A stretch of 64,000 nucleotides of DNA from Nostoc sp. DedSLP01 (GCA_034530875.2 JAVRCJ020000013.1:32001-96000); one strand, 5' to 3'; numbered from the stretch's first letter, positions 1 through 11,398 are shown. Notes: generated by a model from the sequence alone, not told the origin. Translations and numbers: made by a program.

Positions 1-2839
1 TCATCAATTCACACGTTACTAAAGGTACAAGTGCAGGTGCAGCTTGATAGGTAGGAGTAAACATACTTGCTAACATCCTAGTAGCTGCTAACTTCTCGAC
101 ATCCGTCATTAAGGGTAGATTAATTAAATCTTCTATTTTCTTGCTTTGAAGATTACTTACAGTTTGAGTAAGTGCTTGCTGAATATCTGAAGGATCTGGC
201 GATTTAGGTAAACTCACCCCTACTGATTCCAAGGCTTCTAATCCAATTTGCACTGCTTCTAACTTTTTGCCTTGCGCCATATAACCTTGGACTTTGACAG
301 CATAGGCTTTCATTTTATCAATGGGAGTTTTTGCCTGTTGCAAAACAATATCTACCCATTTGTTCATTTGCTCAAAATTGCCGCTAAGATATGCGGTTTC
401 TGCTGCTAATTCGTATAGTGCCAAATTAAGATTATAATGTGTTTGCCACTGGGAAAATTTCAGCAGGGCGATACCTGTTGTGGAATACTCCAATGCAGCA
501 GTATATGCTGTTGCAGTTCTAGCTTTTTGCCCAGCATTTAAATTAAGTTGAGCCAGTTCTATTTGCTTTTCTAATTCAACAATTAAGGGTTTGCCAATAT
601 TGAATTGATTGACAATTTCAAACAGCTTTTCATTCTGTTCTTTGATTGGGGTATTGTTTAGTAGTAGTTGCCCAATTTTGAGGTGAGTTGCCTGTTTTTG
701 CTCGTCAGTAATTAGAGAATAAGCTGCTTGCTGTACTCGGTCATGGATAAATTTGTATGTAACAGTCATTTGCTTTTGGTCATTGCCCATTTGTTCGTTC
801 TTTTCTAATGACAAATGACTAATGACTAATGACTCTTGTTGATAAAACTTATAAATATCGCCAATTGGTAAAATCAACCCTTCTTGTAATGCTTTCCACA
901 AATTAGCAGCATTTTCAATTTGAGATTTTTCTGAAACAATAGCCAAAGTTTCTAAATCAAACTGATTGCCAATACAAGCAGCTAACTGCAACGCCTGTTG
1001 AGTTGGTAACGGCAGTTTTTGTAATTGCAATGCCATAAAGGTAACAACGTCATCTGTAACCGCTTGAGTCTTTACTTGTGTAATATCATACTTCCAACAG
1101 CCTAGCTCGATATCAAACTGAATGATATTTTCTTGGTGCAATGCTTTGATAAATTGAGTCGTAAAAAACGGGTTACCTTGGGTTTTTTGATAAATCAATA
1201 CAGAAAAAGCCGAAGTCAAACTTTCGGTACATTTGAGCGTATCAGCAATTAACTGATTGACTGTAGCTTGACTTAATGGTGCTAAATTAATTCTATTAAT
1301 TATTGCTTGTGATTTGGCAATTTCATTTAAAGTCAACATTAATGGATCTCCAGGGCTGACTTCGTTATCGCGATACGCACCAATTAATAAAAGATGGCTG
1401 GCATCAGCCATTAAAAGCTGTATTAATTTCAGCGATGCCGAATCTGCCCATTGCAAATCATCTAAAAAGATTACTAAGGGATGTTCTGCGGTAGTAAAAA
1501 TTTTAGTAAATTTTTGAAATAATAAATTAAATCTATTTTGTACTGCTGTTCCTGATAATTCTGGTGCTGGTGGTTGTTGGCCGATAATTATTTGTAGTTC
1601 GGGTATGACTTCAATAATTACCTGGCCATGTTCTCCAAGTGCTGACAATATTTTGTTTTTCCATTCCTCAATTTGTGTATCGCTGTCTGTTAATAATTGC
1701 TTCATTAAATTGCGGAATGCTTGCACAAATCCGCTAAATGGTATATTTCGTTGAAATTGGTCAAATTTGCCTTTGATAAAATAGCCTCGTTGTCGAACAA
1801 TTGGTTTATGAACTTCGTTGACGACTGCTGTTTTACCAATTCCAGAAAACCCTGCAACCAGCATCATTTCGGTTGCACCAAGGCTAACTCTCTCAAATGC
1901 TTGCAAGAGGGTTTGAACCTCCATGTCTCTACCATAGAGTTTATCGGGGATGATGAAGCTATTGCACGCATCCCTACTTGCAATTTCAAAACTCTCAATC
2001 CTACCAGTTTCTTTAAGTTGATATAAACAATTCTCTAAATCAAACTTCAGCCCCCAAACGCTTTGATATCTATCTTCAGCATTCTTCGCCATCAACTTGT
2101 TAATAATCTCACATAATACTCTTGGTACTTCTTTCCTCTTGCCTTCTAGCTTTGGCGGCATTTTTCCAATATGACAATGCAACAATTCCATTGCATCATC
2201 CGATGTAAATGGTAATTCTCCTGTAAGTAATTCATAGAAAGTCACACCCAAAGAATAAAAATCAGTCCGGTAATCAATCCCGCGGTTCATTCTGCCTGTT
2301 TGTTCTGGAGAAATATAAGCCAGCGTTCCTTCTAAGACATTGGGATTGACGAGAATTTGAGTTTCCCTTGGTAATAGCGATGCAATACTAAAGTCAATTA
2401 ATTTAACTTGTTTGGTATCGGGATTAATTAATATATTGCTGGGTTTAATATCTTTATGAATAATGCGATCGCGGTAGAGTATATCTAAGATATTGCACAA
2501 AGCGATCGCAATTTGTAAAAATTCATCCAAAGGCACAACATTGTTATTGTTAGCGAAATAATCCTTAAGAGAAATTCCGCCAAAGTCCTCCATTACTAAC
2601 GCATAACCATTTTGGTATGGTTCGAGGCTATAGGTTTGGATGATTTCGGGATAGTTGAAATTTTTAGCAATGGTATATTGATTGCGAAATTGCACTAGTT
2701 CGCTAAAGCTGGGATAAGGATTCTTCAGTATCTTAATGACCGCTGGTAATGAATCAATCTCCCTAACAGCTCGATAAACTAGGGTTCTCAAACCATCATA
2801 AAGTTTTTCACCCAGGTGATATCCAGGAATGTTAATCAT
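1..2839 (-). CDS. Ser/Thr protein kinase + AAA ATPase hybrid (HstK-type multi-domain sensor kinase), 3' end outside window
   Basis: Hand translation of the minus strand from ATG 2839: MINIPGYHLGEKLYDG..., HKDIKPSNILI, KLIDFSIAS, GTLAYISPEQTGRMNR, then Walker A VAGFSGIGKT, FLDDLQWAD and FIHDRVQQAAY. Absent from the ORF track, presumably because its stop lies outside the window. Confidence 0.92.
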   Translation of the reverse strand, partial: MINIPGYHLGEKLYDGLRTLVYRAVREIDSLPAVIKILKNPYPSFSELVQFRNQYTIAKNFNYPEIIQTYSLEPYQNGYALVMEDFGGISLKDYFANNNNVVPLDEFLQIAIALCNILDILYRDRIIHKDIKPSNILINPDTKQVKLIDFSIASLLPRETQILVNPNVLEGTLAYISPEQTGRMNRGIDYRTDFYSLGVTFYELLTGELPFTSDDAMELLHCHIGKMPPKLEGKRKEVPRVLCEIINKLMAKNAEDRYQSVWGLKFDLENCLYQLKETGRIESFEIASRDACNSFIIPDKLYGRDMEVQTLLQAFERVSLGATEMMLVAGFSGIGKTAVVNEVHKPIVRQRGYFIKGKFDQFQRNIPFSGFVQAFRNLMKQLLTDSDTQIEEWKNKILSALGEHGQVIIEVIPELQIIIGQQPPAPELSGTAVQNRFNLLFQKFTKIFTTAEHPLVIFLDDLQWADSASLKLIQLLMADASHLLLIGAYRDNEVSPGDPLMLTLNEIAKSQAIINRINLAPLSQATVNQLIADTLKCTESLTSAFSVLIYQKTQGNPFFTTQFIKALHQENIIQFDIELGCWKYDITQVKTQAVTDDVVTFMALQLQKLPLPTQQALQLAACIGNQFDLETLAIVSEKSQIENAANLWKALQEGLILPIGDIYKFYQQESLVISHLSLEKNEQMGNDQKQMTVTYKFIHDRVQQAAYSLITDEQKQATHLKIGQLLLNNTPIKEQNEKLFEIVNQFNIGKPLIVELEKQIELAQLNLNAGQKARTATAYTAALEYSTTGIALLKFSQWQTHYNLNLALYELAAETAYLSGNFEQMNKWVDIVLQQAKTPIDKMKAYAVKVQGYMAQGKKLEAVQIGLEALESVGVSLPKSPDPSDIQQALTQTVSNLQSKKIEDLINLPLMTDVEKLAATRMLASMFTPTYQAAPALVPLVTCELM

Positions 2840-3345
2840 AAATGCTAAATTTAAACACTAGATTTAGTATTCCCACATAGACAAAATCTTGCGCGATGAG
2901 TTTCTTGTGTCGTGTGGAATGTTACTCTATTGAAGAATTCAGAAGTCAGAATTCAGGAGTCAGAATGCAATTCTAAGGGGATTTAGACCGGCCACCTAGA
3001 AGCACCACGTTTCTTGAAATTTGGCGGGGTCTTAAACCCATTTATCGAAACAATCGGGTCTAAAACCGTACTTCGTCCAAAGTTTTTGGAACGGGGTACA
3101 AATCCTCGTTCCAAAAACGGCCTCCTGCCTCCTGCCCTCTGCCTCCTGCCTTCGTTAATAACTTTAGAGATATTAGGATAGATATAGCCTTTTACTCTCT
3201 TGCTTCGCTAAAAGGGCGAGATTCGGTTGAGCATGAATGCTGAGTATGAAAATATATCAAAAAACCATGCTCAAACGTTAAAAGTAGGGTAATTGAGCAT
3301 TAAAAGAGCATTTTTCAGAGAGTAAAGGCTAAAAGTATCGATAAT

Positions 3346-4701
3346 ATGTCGAGCTCGCGTAATCTGCAAGAAACTCACTTAAACCGTGCCCGCGCCAGTC
3401 TCAGACAAGCGCTGTCTTGGTATGGATATCTTCGTAAATCAGGTCAGCTTTCATCGAACCCAGAATTGGCAGGTTTGCTGAAACCAGAATTAGAAACTCT
3501 TAACTCCACACTCAACAAACTCGACTCTAATATTATTAGAATTGCCGCCTTTGGTTTGGTAAGTCGCGGTAAGTCAGCAGTTTTAAATGCTTTGCTGGGA
3601 GACAAAATTCTCCAAACTGGCCCCTTGAATGGTGTCACTCAATGGCCTCGTTCGGTACGCTGGCAACCAAGTAATAAGGTATTAGTAGAGTTAATTGATA
3701 CCCCAGGCTTAGATGAAATTGAGGGTGAGTCACGCGCAGATATGGCAAAAGAAATCGTGCGGCAAGCCGATTTGATTTTGTTTGTTGTGTCTGGTGACAT
3801 TATGCGCACTGAGTATCAAGCATTGCTAGAGTTAAGGCGATCGCAAAAACCTTTGATTTTGGTGTTCAACAAAATAGACCTCTATCCAGATACCGACAAG
3901 GCCGCGATTTACGAAAATCTGCAACAACTCGGTAAAGGAAATCCGCAAGCAAAACCCCTATTACCTGATGAAATTGTCATGGTGGCGGCGGAACCAGCAC
4001 CAATGGAAGTGCGAGTTGAATGGCCTGATGGTCGCATCACTTATGAATTGGAGACACCACCACCACAAGTTGACGAACTCAAGCAGACAATTTTAAACAT
4101 TCTCAATCGCGAAGGCCGATCGCTTTTAGCTTTAAATGCACTCGTCCAAGCCCGAGATGCAGAAGCCGCCATCGCCCAAAAAACCATCGACTTACGCGAA
4201 CAAGAAGCCGAAGACATAATTTGGCAATTTACCAAATACAAAGCTTTGGCGGTAGCCTTAAATCCCATCGCCTTCTTAGATATCCTGGGCGGTACTGTTG
4301 CCGATTTAGCTTTAATTCGCGCTTTAGCACGCTTGTATGGGTTGCCAATGACTAGTTATGAAGCAGGGAAAATTCTCAAAACAATTTTATTGAGTTCTGG
4401 TGGCTTACTTTTGGGAGAATTAGGTAGTAGCTTGCTGTTGGGTTTGGGCAAAAGTACAGCTGCGATCGCGAGCAGTGATAATCCAACTAATATTACTACC
4501 TTTGCTGGTAGTGCGATCGCCCAAGCTGGTATCGCCGGTTATGGTGCATACTCCGTTGGCAAAGCTGCTCAAGTCTATCTCGAAAAAGGCTGCACCTGGG
4601 GACAGTTGGGTGCTAGCAGCGTTATAGAAGAAATTCTTTCTCAAGTTGACCAAAACACAATTCTGTATCGTTTGCAACAAGAATTAGGGATAAAGTATTG
4701 A
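3346..4701 (+). CDS. Small GTP-binding protein with C-terminal DUF697-type helical/membrane domain
   Basis: G1 GLVSRGKS, G3 DTPG and G4 NKID motifs; hydrophobic C-terminal helices. Confidence 0.85.
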   Translation: MSSSRNLQETHLNRARASLRQALSWYGYLRKSGQLSSNPELAGLLKPELETLNSTLNKLDSNIIRIAAFGLVSRGKSAVLNALLGDKILQTGPLNGVTQWPRSVRWQPSNKVLVELIDTPGLDEIEGESRADMAKEIVRQADLILFVVSGDIMRTEYQALLELRRSQKPLILVFNKIDLYPDTDKAAIYENLQQLGKGNPQAKPLLPDEIVMVAAEPAPMEVRVEWPDGRITYELETPPPQVDELKQTILNILNREGRSLLALNALVQARDAEAAIAQKTIDLREQEAEDIIWQFTKYKALAVALNPIAFLDILGGTVADLALIRALARLYGLPMTSYEAGKILKTILLSSGGLLLGELGSSLLLGLGKSTAAIASSDNPTNITTFAGSAIAQAGIAGYGAYSVGKAAQVYLEKGCTWGQLGASSVIEEILSQVDQNTILYRLQQELGIKY

Positions 4702-5006
4702 GAATAACTAATAATTGTTTCTCCTTTGTTACCCTTTATAAGCATTTATCAAGTTCTATCAAACTCCTCTGACAATCGCTCGCAATTTGCGATCGCTATG
4801 CAAGATTGAGAACATAGCAATCTTTGCCATAGCTTTTTCAAGCAAAGATTGCCAGGTGGTAATCCCCACTCAAGTTGGCTAAAAAGATGACGGTGTTTAC
4901 ACCACTTTTTTTAGCAAGCATATCTAAACTGTAAATGTGAGCTTTCTAAGGTAATTAGAATCTCTGCCGTTGATTTATATCTCTGGAAACATAAGGTAAA
5001 AGCGAA

Positions 5007-5267
5007 ATGACAACAACCTTAAACGTAAATCAAGCTGCTGTAGCTACAAATCTTGAGCAAGCAATTGTAGCAGCCATTAGTGAAGCTCGTGAAGCCTGTG
5101 AGTTAAATGGCAGCAATTCTGCTAATTGTGCCGTAGCTTGGGATATCGTGGAAGAATTGCAAGCTGAAAAATCTCATCAACATCAAGCAAAACAAAACAA
5201 AACCTCTTTGGATAACTACTGCGATCGCCATCCTGATGCCGTAGAGTGTCTAATATACGACGTTTAG
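5007..5267 (+). CDS. cp12: Calvin cycle regulator CP12
   Basis: AWDIVEEL core motif, N-terminal Cys pair and C-terminal C-x8-C..YD. Confidence 0.93.
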   Translation: MTTTLNVNQAAVATNLEQAIVAAISEAREACELNGSNSANCAVAWDIVEELQAEKSHQHQAKQNKTSLDNYCDRHPDAVECLIYDV

Positions 5268-5522
5268 GAAGAGAGAATTCAGGAGTCAGAATTCAGGAGT
5301 CAGAATTCAGAATTCAGTATGAATAGCTGATAAATATATAGGTTTAATTTCAATACGCTTAGGTTAAGCCTAAAACAATTCATGTAGAGACGCGGTGAAT
5401 TGCGTCTAAAATGAGTTTAAGTCACCACTAAATCTTGACTGCTAAACGCTGTGCGAAAGATTTAGTGGTTTTTAATTTGTTCAGGATTCAGAATTCAGAA
5501 TTCTGAATTCTTAAATTCCGAC

Positions 5523-6341
5523 TCAACTTTTCCGCAAATCAACTATTGCTGATTGCACGAGTTTTTTAATCGCCTCTAAATCAAGCGGTGTTGCTTCGCT
5601 TTCCATCCCCAACCATAAAAGAAATTCGATATTCCCAGCCGGGCCAGTAATTGGCGACCAAGTTAAGCCTTTGTATTTCCATCCTAATTCTTGAGCCGCT
5701 TGCAAAACTTGAAAAATAGCGTCTGCTTGGTCGTTAGGATCGCGTACAACTCCTTTTTTTCCCACACGAGATTTTCCGACTTCAAACTGTGGCTTGACTA
5801 ACAATACAGCTTCCCGGTCAGCTTGAGTTAGCTCCCACAAAGCAGGCAAAATTTTAGTTAAGGAAATAAACGAGACATCCACCACCGCAAAATCAGGAAT
5901 CGGGTCATTTTCCCCGTACAAATCATTTGGTCGTAGCTGTCTTAAATTAGTGCGTTCGCGCAAAATTACCCGCGAATCATTTCTTAAAACCCAGTCAACT
6001 TGTCCGTAACCAACATCAATACCGTAAACTAATTTCGCACCAGCTTGTAACAAACAATCAGTAAAGCCACCCGTAGAAATTCCCCCATCTAAACAAACGC
6101 GTCCAGCTACAGGAATAGCGAACGCTTTCAAAGCTTTGAAAAGTTTTTCACCACCTCTAGAAACAAAAGGCGATCGCTCTTTAATATTGATTTGAGCCGT
6201 AATATCAACTTCCGTACCAGGTTTATCAACTACCTGCTGATTAACACTAACTTCCCCCGCCTGAATTAATCTCTGTGCCAACGCGCGAGAAGAACATAAA
6301 TTTAAATCTACTAATAATATATCAAGCCGCTGTTTAGCCAA
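5523..6341 (-). CDS. tlyA: TlyA family rRNA methyltransferase (S4 + FtsJ-like)
   Basis: KQRLD S4 start, FVSRGGEKL, LDGGISTGGFTDCLLQ, VDVSFISL, LVKPQFE, SPITGPAGNIE. Confidence 0.93.
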   Translation of the reverse strand: MAKQRLDILLVDLNLCSSRALAQRLIQAGEVSVNQQVVDKPGTEVDITAQINIKERSPFVSRGGEKLFKALKAFAIPVAGRVCLDGGISTGGFTDCLLQAGAKLVYGIDVGYGQVDWVLRNDSRVILRERTNLRQLRPNDLYGENDPIPDFAVVDVSFISLTKILPALWELTQADREAVLLVKPQFEVGKSRVGKKGVVRDPNDQADAIFQVLQAAQELGWKYKGLTWSPITGPAGNIEFLLWLGMESEATPLDLEAIKKLVQSAIVDLRKS

Positions 6342-6776
6342 TTAATTAAAATCTCCTGATAATATTAAACCTAAAGCACGATTAATAATTTCTTCTCGGT
6401 TAACCAGCTTCTCTAATTCTTGCACTTCATAACGTCCTTCTTCTACTTCTAGGGAAGCCTCATCAATGGCATTTAAATAAGCTTCTGCTAAGATTTCTAA
6501 CAATTCTTCACGCGTCAGATAATAGCCGCCAGCTTTGCGCCGCTTATTTTCACGCTGAATTTCCCGAACCGAATTCCGAATTGAGACTTCCCAAGAGCGA
6601 GTTGTGCGATTTTCAGCTTGTTGTTTAATCAGATGCAACAACACAATTACTGCATAGCTACGAATCGTCTTGATTATGTCATTTCGGCTTATCTCTGTTA
6701 ATTCTTCCACTATCAGCAATGCTCCTTGAACATCGCCCTTAACAAGTAAGTCTTTCAAACTTAATAATTCTTCCAT
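6342..6776 (-). CDS. DUF29 family protein
   Basis: LLHLIK...RSWEVSIRN pattern typical of DUF29; start taken at MEELL. Confidence 0.75.
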   Translation of the reverse strand: MEELLSLKDLLVKGDVQGALLIVEELTEISRNDIIKTIRSYAVIVLLHLIKQQAENRTTRSWEVSIRNSVREIQRENKRRKAGGYYLTREELLEILAEAYLNAIDEASLEVEEGRYEVQELEKLVNREEIINRALGLILSGDFN

Positions 6777-7089
6777 AATCAGCGCTTCAAAGCTCGGCAA
6801 TTTCTATTGTGCCCGATCGTATTTTTGTATTATAAATGTTTCTAGTAGTATGTTAATTACCTAAATTCTGTTAAATACTCTACCGTCTAAGGGCTGAATT
6901 TTCCAAACAAAAGTTTATATTTTAACCTAAAAGTTATATTTTTTTGTCAAAATCAACACCTTTTTGTTTTTTGTCTCTAAGATGAAACCTAATACGCTGA
7001 ATTGGAAAGTTCTTTACAAAATTTAGTAAAGCAGCAGAAGTCAAATTACTGCATTCCAACCTGAGATTTCAAACAGGAGATAGGCTATC

Positions 7090-7323
7090 ATGACAACGCA
7101 AAATGCTGCCCGACTTTTTGAAGCCGTCAAACGAGATCAAGCATTACAAGAGAAGCTCAAAGCAACAGCTAATCCAGAAGCATTCGTCAAAATTGCTCGC
7201 GAGCGTGGCTATGATTTCACCCTTGAAGAACTAGACAGAGAAATCGACAAATTGTCAGAAGAAGATCTAGCCGCCATTGTCAATCCAGGCTGGGGGACTA
7301 GACGCCACCTTAATCCTAGATAA
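7090..7323 (+). CDS. Nif11-like leader peptide (RiPP precursor-like) protein
   Basis: F.EAVK.D..LQEKLK...FVKIA...GYDFT.EEL...LSEEDL leader; AGGAG RBS upstream. Confidence 0.88.
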   Translation: MTTQNAARLFEAVKRDQALQEKLKATANPEAFVKIARERGYDFTLEELDREIDKLSEEDLAAIVNPGWGTRRHLNPR

Positions 7324-7370
7324 TTCCTATTTAAGGAAACTTAAAATATAGGAACTTCTAAATAAAAATG

Positions 7371-7412
7371 ATGGCATAGTTGTTGAAAGTCAATAGCTAT
7401 GCCGTTGTTTTT
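7371..7412 (+). terminator. Probable intrinsic terminator after the Nif11-like gene
   Basis: ATGGCATAGT...GCTATGCCGT stem followed by a T-rich tract. Confidence 0.55.
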
Positions 7413-7460
7413 GTTTGCTTAGAGTCGTAAGTATAGCCCTTCATACATATTGTATTCTCT

Positions 7461-7545
7461 GCGTGCCTACCCTGCGGGAAGGCGTACTCCTACGGAGAAG
7501 CAAGCTACGCGTAGCGTCTCGTAGATAAGCGCCTATGCGCTTATC
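7461..7545. repeat. Nested small dispersed repeat (SDR-like) cluster
   Basis: 7482-7525 matches the reverse complement of 25409-25452 at 40/44 nt. Confidence 0.75.
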
Positions 7546-7754
7546 TCTGTGTTACTTTGCGTTTAAATTTCAACCCTCAATTCCCCACGATTTTACACAA
7601 AGCTGTACTAGAAAACATTTAATAATCCTCTCTAATACCTCCTCAAAGACAAATTTTAATAATAGGGTTTAGTAGTTAAATCTAAATTCGACTCAACTAC
7701 TAAACCCCAAATTCAGTTATGTGCCAGAAGAAATTATACTCAGCCTATAATTTC

Positions 7755-8813
7755 TCAAACTGGTTTACGAGCAATAAAATACTTACTGGCAAAATGAACT
7801 TGGGTCTCAATATTTACAAAACCTGCATTTTCTAAACGCTCTACCAAGTTGTCGCTAATATAATTCCTGTAGTAAGGTTCGTGATACATTGCAGGAAAAG
7901 CATCCATTAGAGGCTTCATCTCCAATGAATCGCTCAGCTGAACTGAGTCGCAAATAATAAATACTCCTCCTGGTTTTACCACCCGAAAAGATTGCTCGAT
8001 AACTGTTTGACGCACCGCTGCTGGTAACTCATGAAACAGAAACACAGAAGTTACAGCATGAAAATAATTATCTAAGTAAGGTAGCTCCTCCGCTGGTGCT
8101 TGTAACAATTGTGGCAATTCTCCTGGAATTTGTGACAGGAGTTCATTTGCTTTAGATAAATAAGTTGGTGAAAGATCTACACCATATAAGGATGCTTTAG
8201 GTAAAGCAGCTCGAATCAATTTTAAAGTCCGTCCAGTTCCACAAGCTACATCCAAAACCTTAATTTGTCGTGGTAAAACAAATTCAAAAGCCTTCAGTCC
8301 TTCCTTGAGGGGTGCAAGAATACGCCGGCGCATCAAATCAGCTGCACCACTAAAAAGAATTTCCACCTGTAAGTCATATAAATTAGCGGAAAGTTCTGTT
8401 AAATAGCCGCCACTTTGATGGTGGAAATTCTGCACGTAGTAATTTGGATAACCACTAGTCTCTATTTCCGGGGAAAAATCTTGATATTTTCCCTGTTTAA
8501 CTCGTTCCCAGATTTGAGGTAAATCTAGCAACACTAGCGGATAATAGCGAAAAAATTCGTCCCAAGGGTTTTCAAACAGTAAGCTTTTGGGATAAACGCC
8601 TTTTTCGGCATCTTCCCAATCAATTTCTATCAGATCATTCAATCGTTCTTGAAATTTGAGTAAAACCTCGTTGGGTAAAGGTTGAACATTTGGAACGAGG
8701 GTAGGATATAGTAAGCTCTTTAACTGTAAAGCTACTGCTTTATGAGCTGCACTAAAAAAATGTTTACTCTGTTGAAAGGTTTGATAGGTCAGCTTAGTTA
8801 GAGTATCAGGCAT
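7755..8813 (-). CDS. Class I SAM-dependent methyltransferase (conserved cyanobacterial)
   Basis: VLDVACGTG motif I, GVDLSP, FLFHELP; start taken at MPDTLT. Confidence 0.88.
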   Translation of the reverse strand: MPDTLTKLTYQTFQQSKHFFSAAHKAVALQLKSLLYPTLVPNVQPLPNEVLLKFQERLNDLIEIDWEDAEKGVYPKSLLFENPWDEFFRYYPLVLLDLPQIWERVKQGKYQDFSPEIETSGYPNYYVQNFHHQSGGYLTELSANLYDLQVEILFSGAADLMRRRILAPLKEGLKAFEFVLPRQIKVLDVACGTGRTLKLIRAALPKASLYGVDLSPTYLSKANELLSQIPGELPQLLQAPAEELPYLDNYFHAVTSVFLFHELPAAVRQTVIEQSFRVVKPGGVFIICDSVQLSDSLEMKPLMDAFPAMYHEPYYRNYISDNLVERLENAGFVNIETQVHFASKYFIARKPV

Positions 8814-9116
8814 AAAAAACAGTTGAAAAAAGCTTAACTGGTCAATATCGAATATCCATGTAAGGTTTTCTACTCCCATAAGCCAGATGTAAAGGATTGT
8901 TGTTTATCAAAACCTTCATCGACCATAGGGTTAATTGATGCATAGCCTTGACATTTCTTACTCGATACATAAGTACTAATGTAGCAAAACTTTACAAAGC
9001 TATTTCAAATATCAACTTATTAGTAGAATTCATAAAAAAGCGATCGCTCCTTAAAATGCAAAGTGCGATCGCTATTTAAAATTCTTCCGGGTGGGCAAGA
9101 TGTTCGCCCAAAAAAC

Positions 9117-9626
9117 CTAAATATCTATCTCGCTCAACTCACGTGTGATGTGATCGAATGGTTCATCGACAAAAGCAGCATTAGTTACACCTGCTGCTGC
9201 TACTTGTTCCTTAGCTAAATCCTTGAGTATTTGCACGCCGCGAACCGTCGGCCCGATAGGTACACTTAAAGAATTGTAAGTTTCCCGCAGTCCTTGTAGC
9301 ACTCGTTCATCTAACACATTTGTATTACCAGCAACTAGTGCATAAGTAGCGTAGCGCAAGTAATAGTCTAAATCCCGCAAACAAGCAGCATAACGACGAG
9401 TTGTATAGGCATTTCCGCCGGGACGAATCAATTCTGGCAGCTCTTCAAATAACCTTAAACCGGCTTGCTTGACAAGTGAAGCGGCATTAGAGTTGATTGC
9501 TGCGGCTGCTTGTACTCGTGCTGTACCACTATCAAAGTAAGACTTTAGACTATCCAGAGCATTCCGGTCAAAATACCGACCGGCTACGTCATAATTCTTA
9601 ATTAAACTTGTTACCGCATCGCGCAT
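9117..9626 (-). CDS. apcF: Allophycocyanin beta-18 subunit
   Basis: MRDAVTSLIKNYDVAGRY...PGGNAYTTRRYAACLRD; 169 aa; divergent from glnA as in Nostocales. Confidence 0.95.
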   Translation of the reverse strand: MRDAVTSLIKNYDVAGRYFDRNALDSLKSYFDSGTARVQAAAAINSNAASLVKQAGLRLFEELPELIRPGGNAYTTRRYAACLRDLDYYLRYATYALVAGNTNVLDERVLQGLRETYNSLSVPIGPTVRGVQILKDLAKEQVAAAGVTNAAFVDEPFDHITRELSEIDI

Positions 9627-9843
9627 TCCTTTTTCTCCCAATCGTTACTATCTATGGTTTGATATTTATTTGGTTGCACTTACGCACCAGTAAATTTTTG
9701 TGCTATTAAAAATAGATTCGGCACAAAAACAAACTATCCACTACATAAGGATTCTATGCCAAAGTTGACCCCTATGTGATGAAGTTTCCAGTTTTGTACA
9801 GATGATGGCGAAAAGGTTAATATAACCTGTAATCCAGATATCT

Positions 9844-9886
9844 GTAGCACAAACTACAAAATACCCTAATGTCTAGTATTTAAGAT
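9844..9886 (+). promoter_or_regulatory. NtcA-activated glnA promoter (NtcA box plus -10)
   Basis: GTAGCACAAACTAC (GTA-N8-TAC) at 9844-9857, then TAAGAT (TAN3T) 23 nt downstream. Confidence 0.85.
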
Positions 9887-9982
9887 ATTTCAGGTGTGTC
9901 ACGGCTTGATTGAGATCGGCAGGGCTAGGATGCTTTGGAAGATTCTGGTTTACTTTAGGAAATTGGTAGAGAAGGAGTAACA

Positions 9983-11398
9983 ATGACAACCCCACAAGAA
10001 GTCTTGAAAAAAATTCAAGATGAAAAAATTCAGCTGATCGATCTCAAATTCATCGATACAGTGGGGACTTGGCAACACCTCACAGTGTTCCACAACCAAA
10101 TAGATGAGAGTTCATTCACTGATGGCGTACCTTTTGACGGTTCCAGCATCCGGGGTTGGAAAGCGATCAATGAATCGGACATGACGATGGTACTCGATCC
10201 CAACACTGCTTGGATCGATCCATTCATGCAAGTTCCGACGCTCAGTATAACTTGTAGTATTAAGGAACCCCGCACAGGGGAGTGGTACAACCGTTGCCCG
10301 CGCGTTATTGCCCAAAAAGCAGTAGATTACCTGGTTTCCAGCGGAATTGGCGATACAGCCTTCTTTGGCCCTGAAGCTGAGTTCTTTATCTTTGACACTG
10401 CACGGTTTGCCCAAACTGCCAACGAAGGTTACTACTTCTTAGACTCCCAAGAAGGTAGTTGGAATTCCGGTAAAGACGAAAAACCCAATTTGGCTTACAA
10501 ACCACGCTTTAAAGAAGGTTACTTCCCGGTTTCGCCAACGGATTCTTTCCAAGATATCCGTACAGAAATGCTACTGACAATGGAAAAATTAGGTGTACCC
10601 ATTGAAAAGCATCACCACGAAGTTGCCACTGGCGGTCAGTGCGAACTCGGTTTCCGCTTTGGGAAATTGATCGAAGCTGCTGACTGGTTGATGATTTATA
10701 AATATGTCATCAAAAATGTTGCCAATAAGTATGGCAAAACTGTCACCTTTATGCCCAAACCGCTATTTGGCGATAACGGTTCTGGGATGCACACTCACCA
10801 GTCTATTTGGAAAGATGGCAAACCTCTGTTTGCAGGTGATAAGTATGCTGATTTGAGTGAAATGGCGTTGCACTACATTGGCGGTCTTCTCAAACACGCA
10901 CCAGCGCTGTTGGCAATTACCAACCCTAGTACCAACTCTTACAAACGCCTAGTACCTGGTTATGAAGCACCAGTTAACTTGGCTTACTCCCAAGGTAACC
11001 GTTCCGCTTCTATCCGTATTCCTCTGTCAGGCACTAACCCCAAAGCCAAGCGCTTAGAATTCCGTTGTCCAGATGCTACTTCTAACCCCTACTTGGCATT
11101 TGCTGCGATGCTTTGTGCTGGTATCGATGGCATCAAAAATAAAATAGATCCTGGTTCTCCTCTAGATAGGAATATCTATGAACTCTCTCCAGAAGAACTG
11201 GCGAAGGTTCCTTCAACTCCAGGTTCTCTAGAATTAGCGTTGGAAGCATTAGAACACGATCATGCTTTCTTGACAGAATCAGGCGTTTTCACGGAAGACT
11301 TTATCGAAAATTGGATTGACTACAAGCTAGCTAATGAAGTCAAGCAATTACAACTGCGTCCTCATCCCTACGAGTTTTACCTTTATTACGATGCTTAA
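9983..11398 (+). CDS. glnA: Type I glutamine synthetase
   Basis: [53 protein letters not shown]. Confidence 0.99.
   Translation: MTTPQEVLKKIQDEKIQLIDLKFIDTVGTWQHLTVFHNQIDESSFTDGVPFDGSSIRGWKAINESDMTMVLDPNTAWIDPFMQVPTLSITCSIKEPRTGEWYNRCPRVIAQKAVDYLVSSGIGDTAFFGPEAEFFIFDTARFAQTANEGYYFLDSQEGSWNSGKDEKPNLAYKPRFKEGYFPVSPTDSFQDIRTEMLLTMEKLGVPIEKHHHEVATGGQCELGFRFGKLIEAADWLMIYKYVIKNVANKYGKTVTFMPKPLFGDNGSGMHTHQSIWKDGKPLFAGDKYADLSEMALHYIGGLLKHAPALLAITNPSTNSYKRLVPGYEAPVNLAYSQGNRSASIRIPLSGTNPKAKRLEFRCPDATSNPYLAFAAMLCAGIDGIKNKIDPGSPLDRNIYELSPEELAKVPSTPGSLELALEALEHDHAFLTESGVFTEDFIENWIDYKLANEVKQLQLRPHPYEFYLYYDA

Noticed and set aside
1314..2026. Plus-strand ORFs 1314-1517 and 1721-2026
   Set aside because: Antisense shadows of the kinase/ATPase gene
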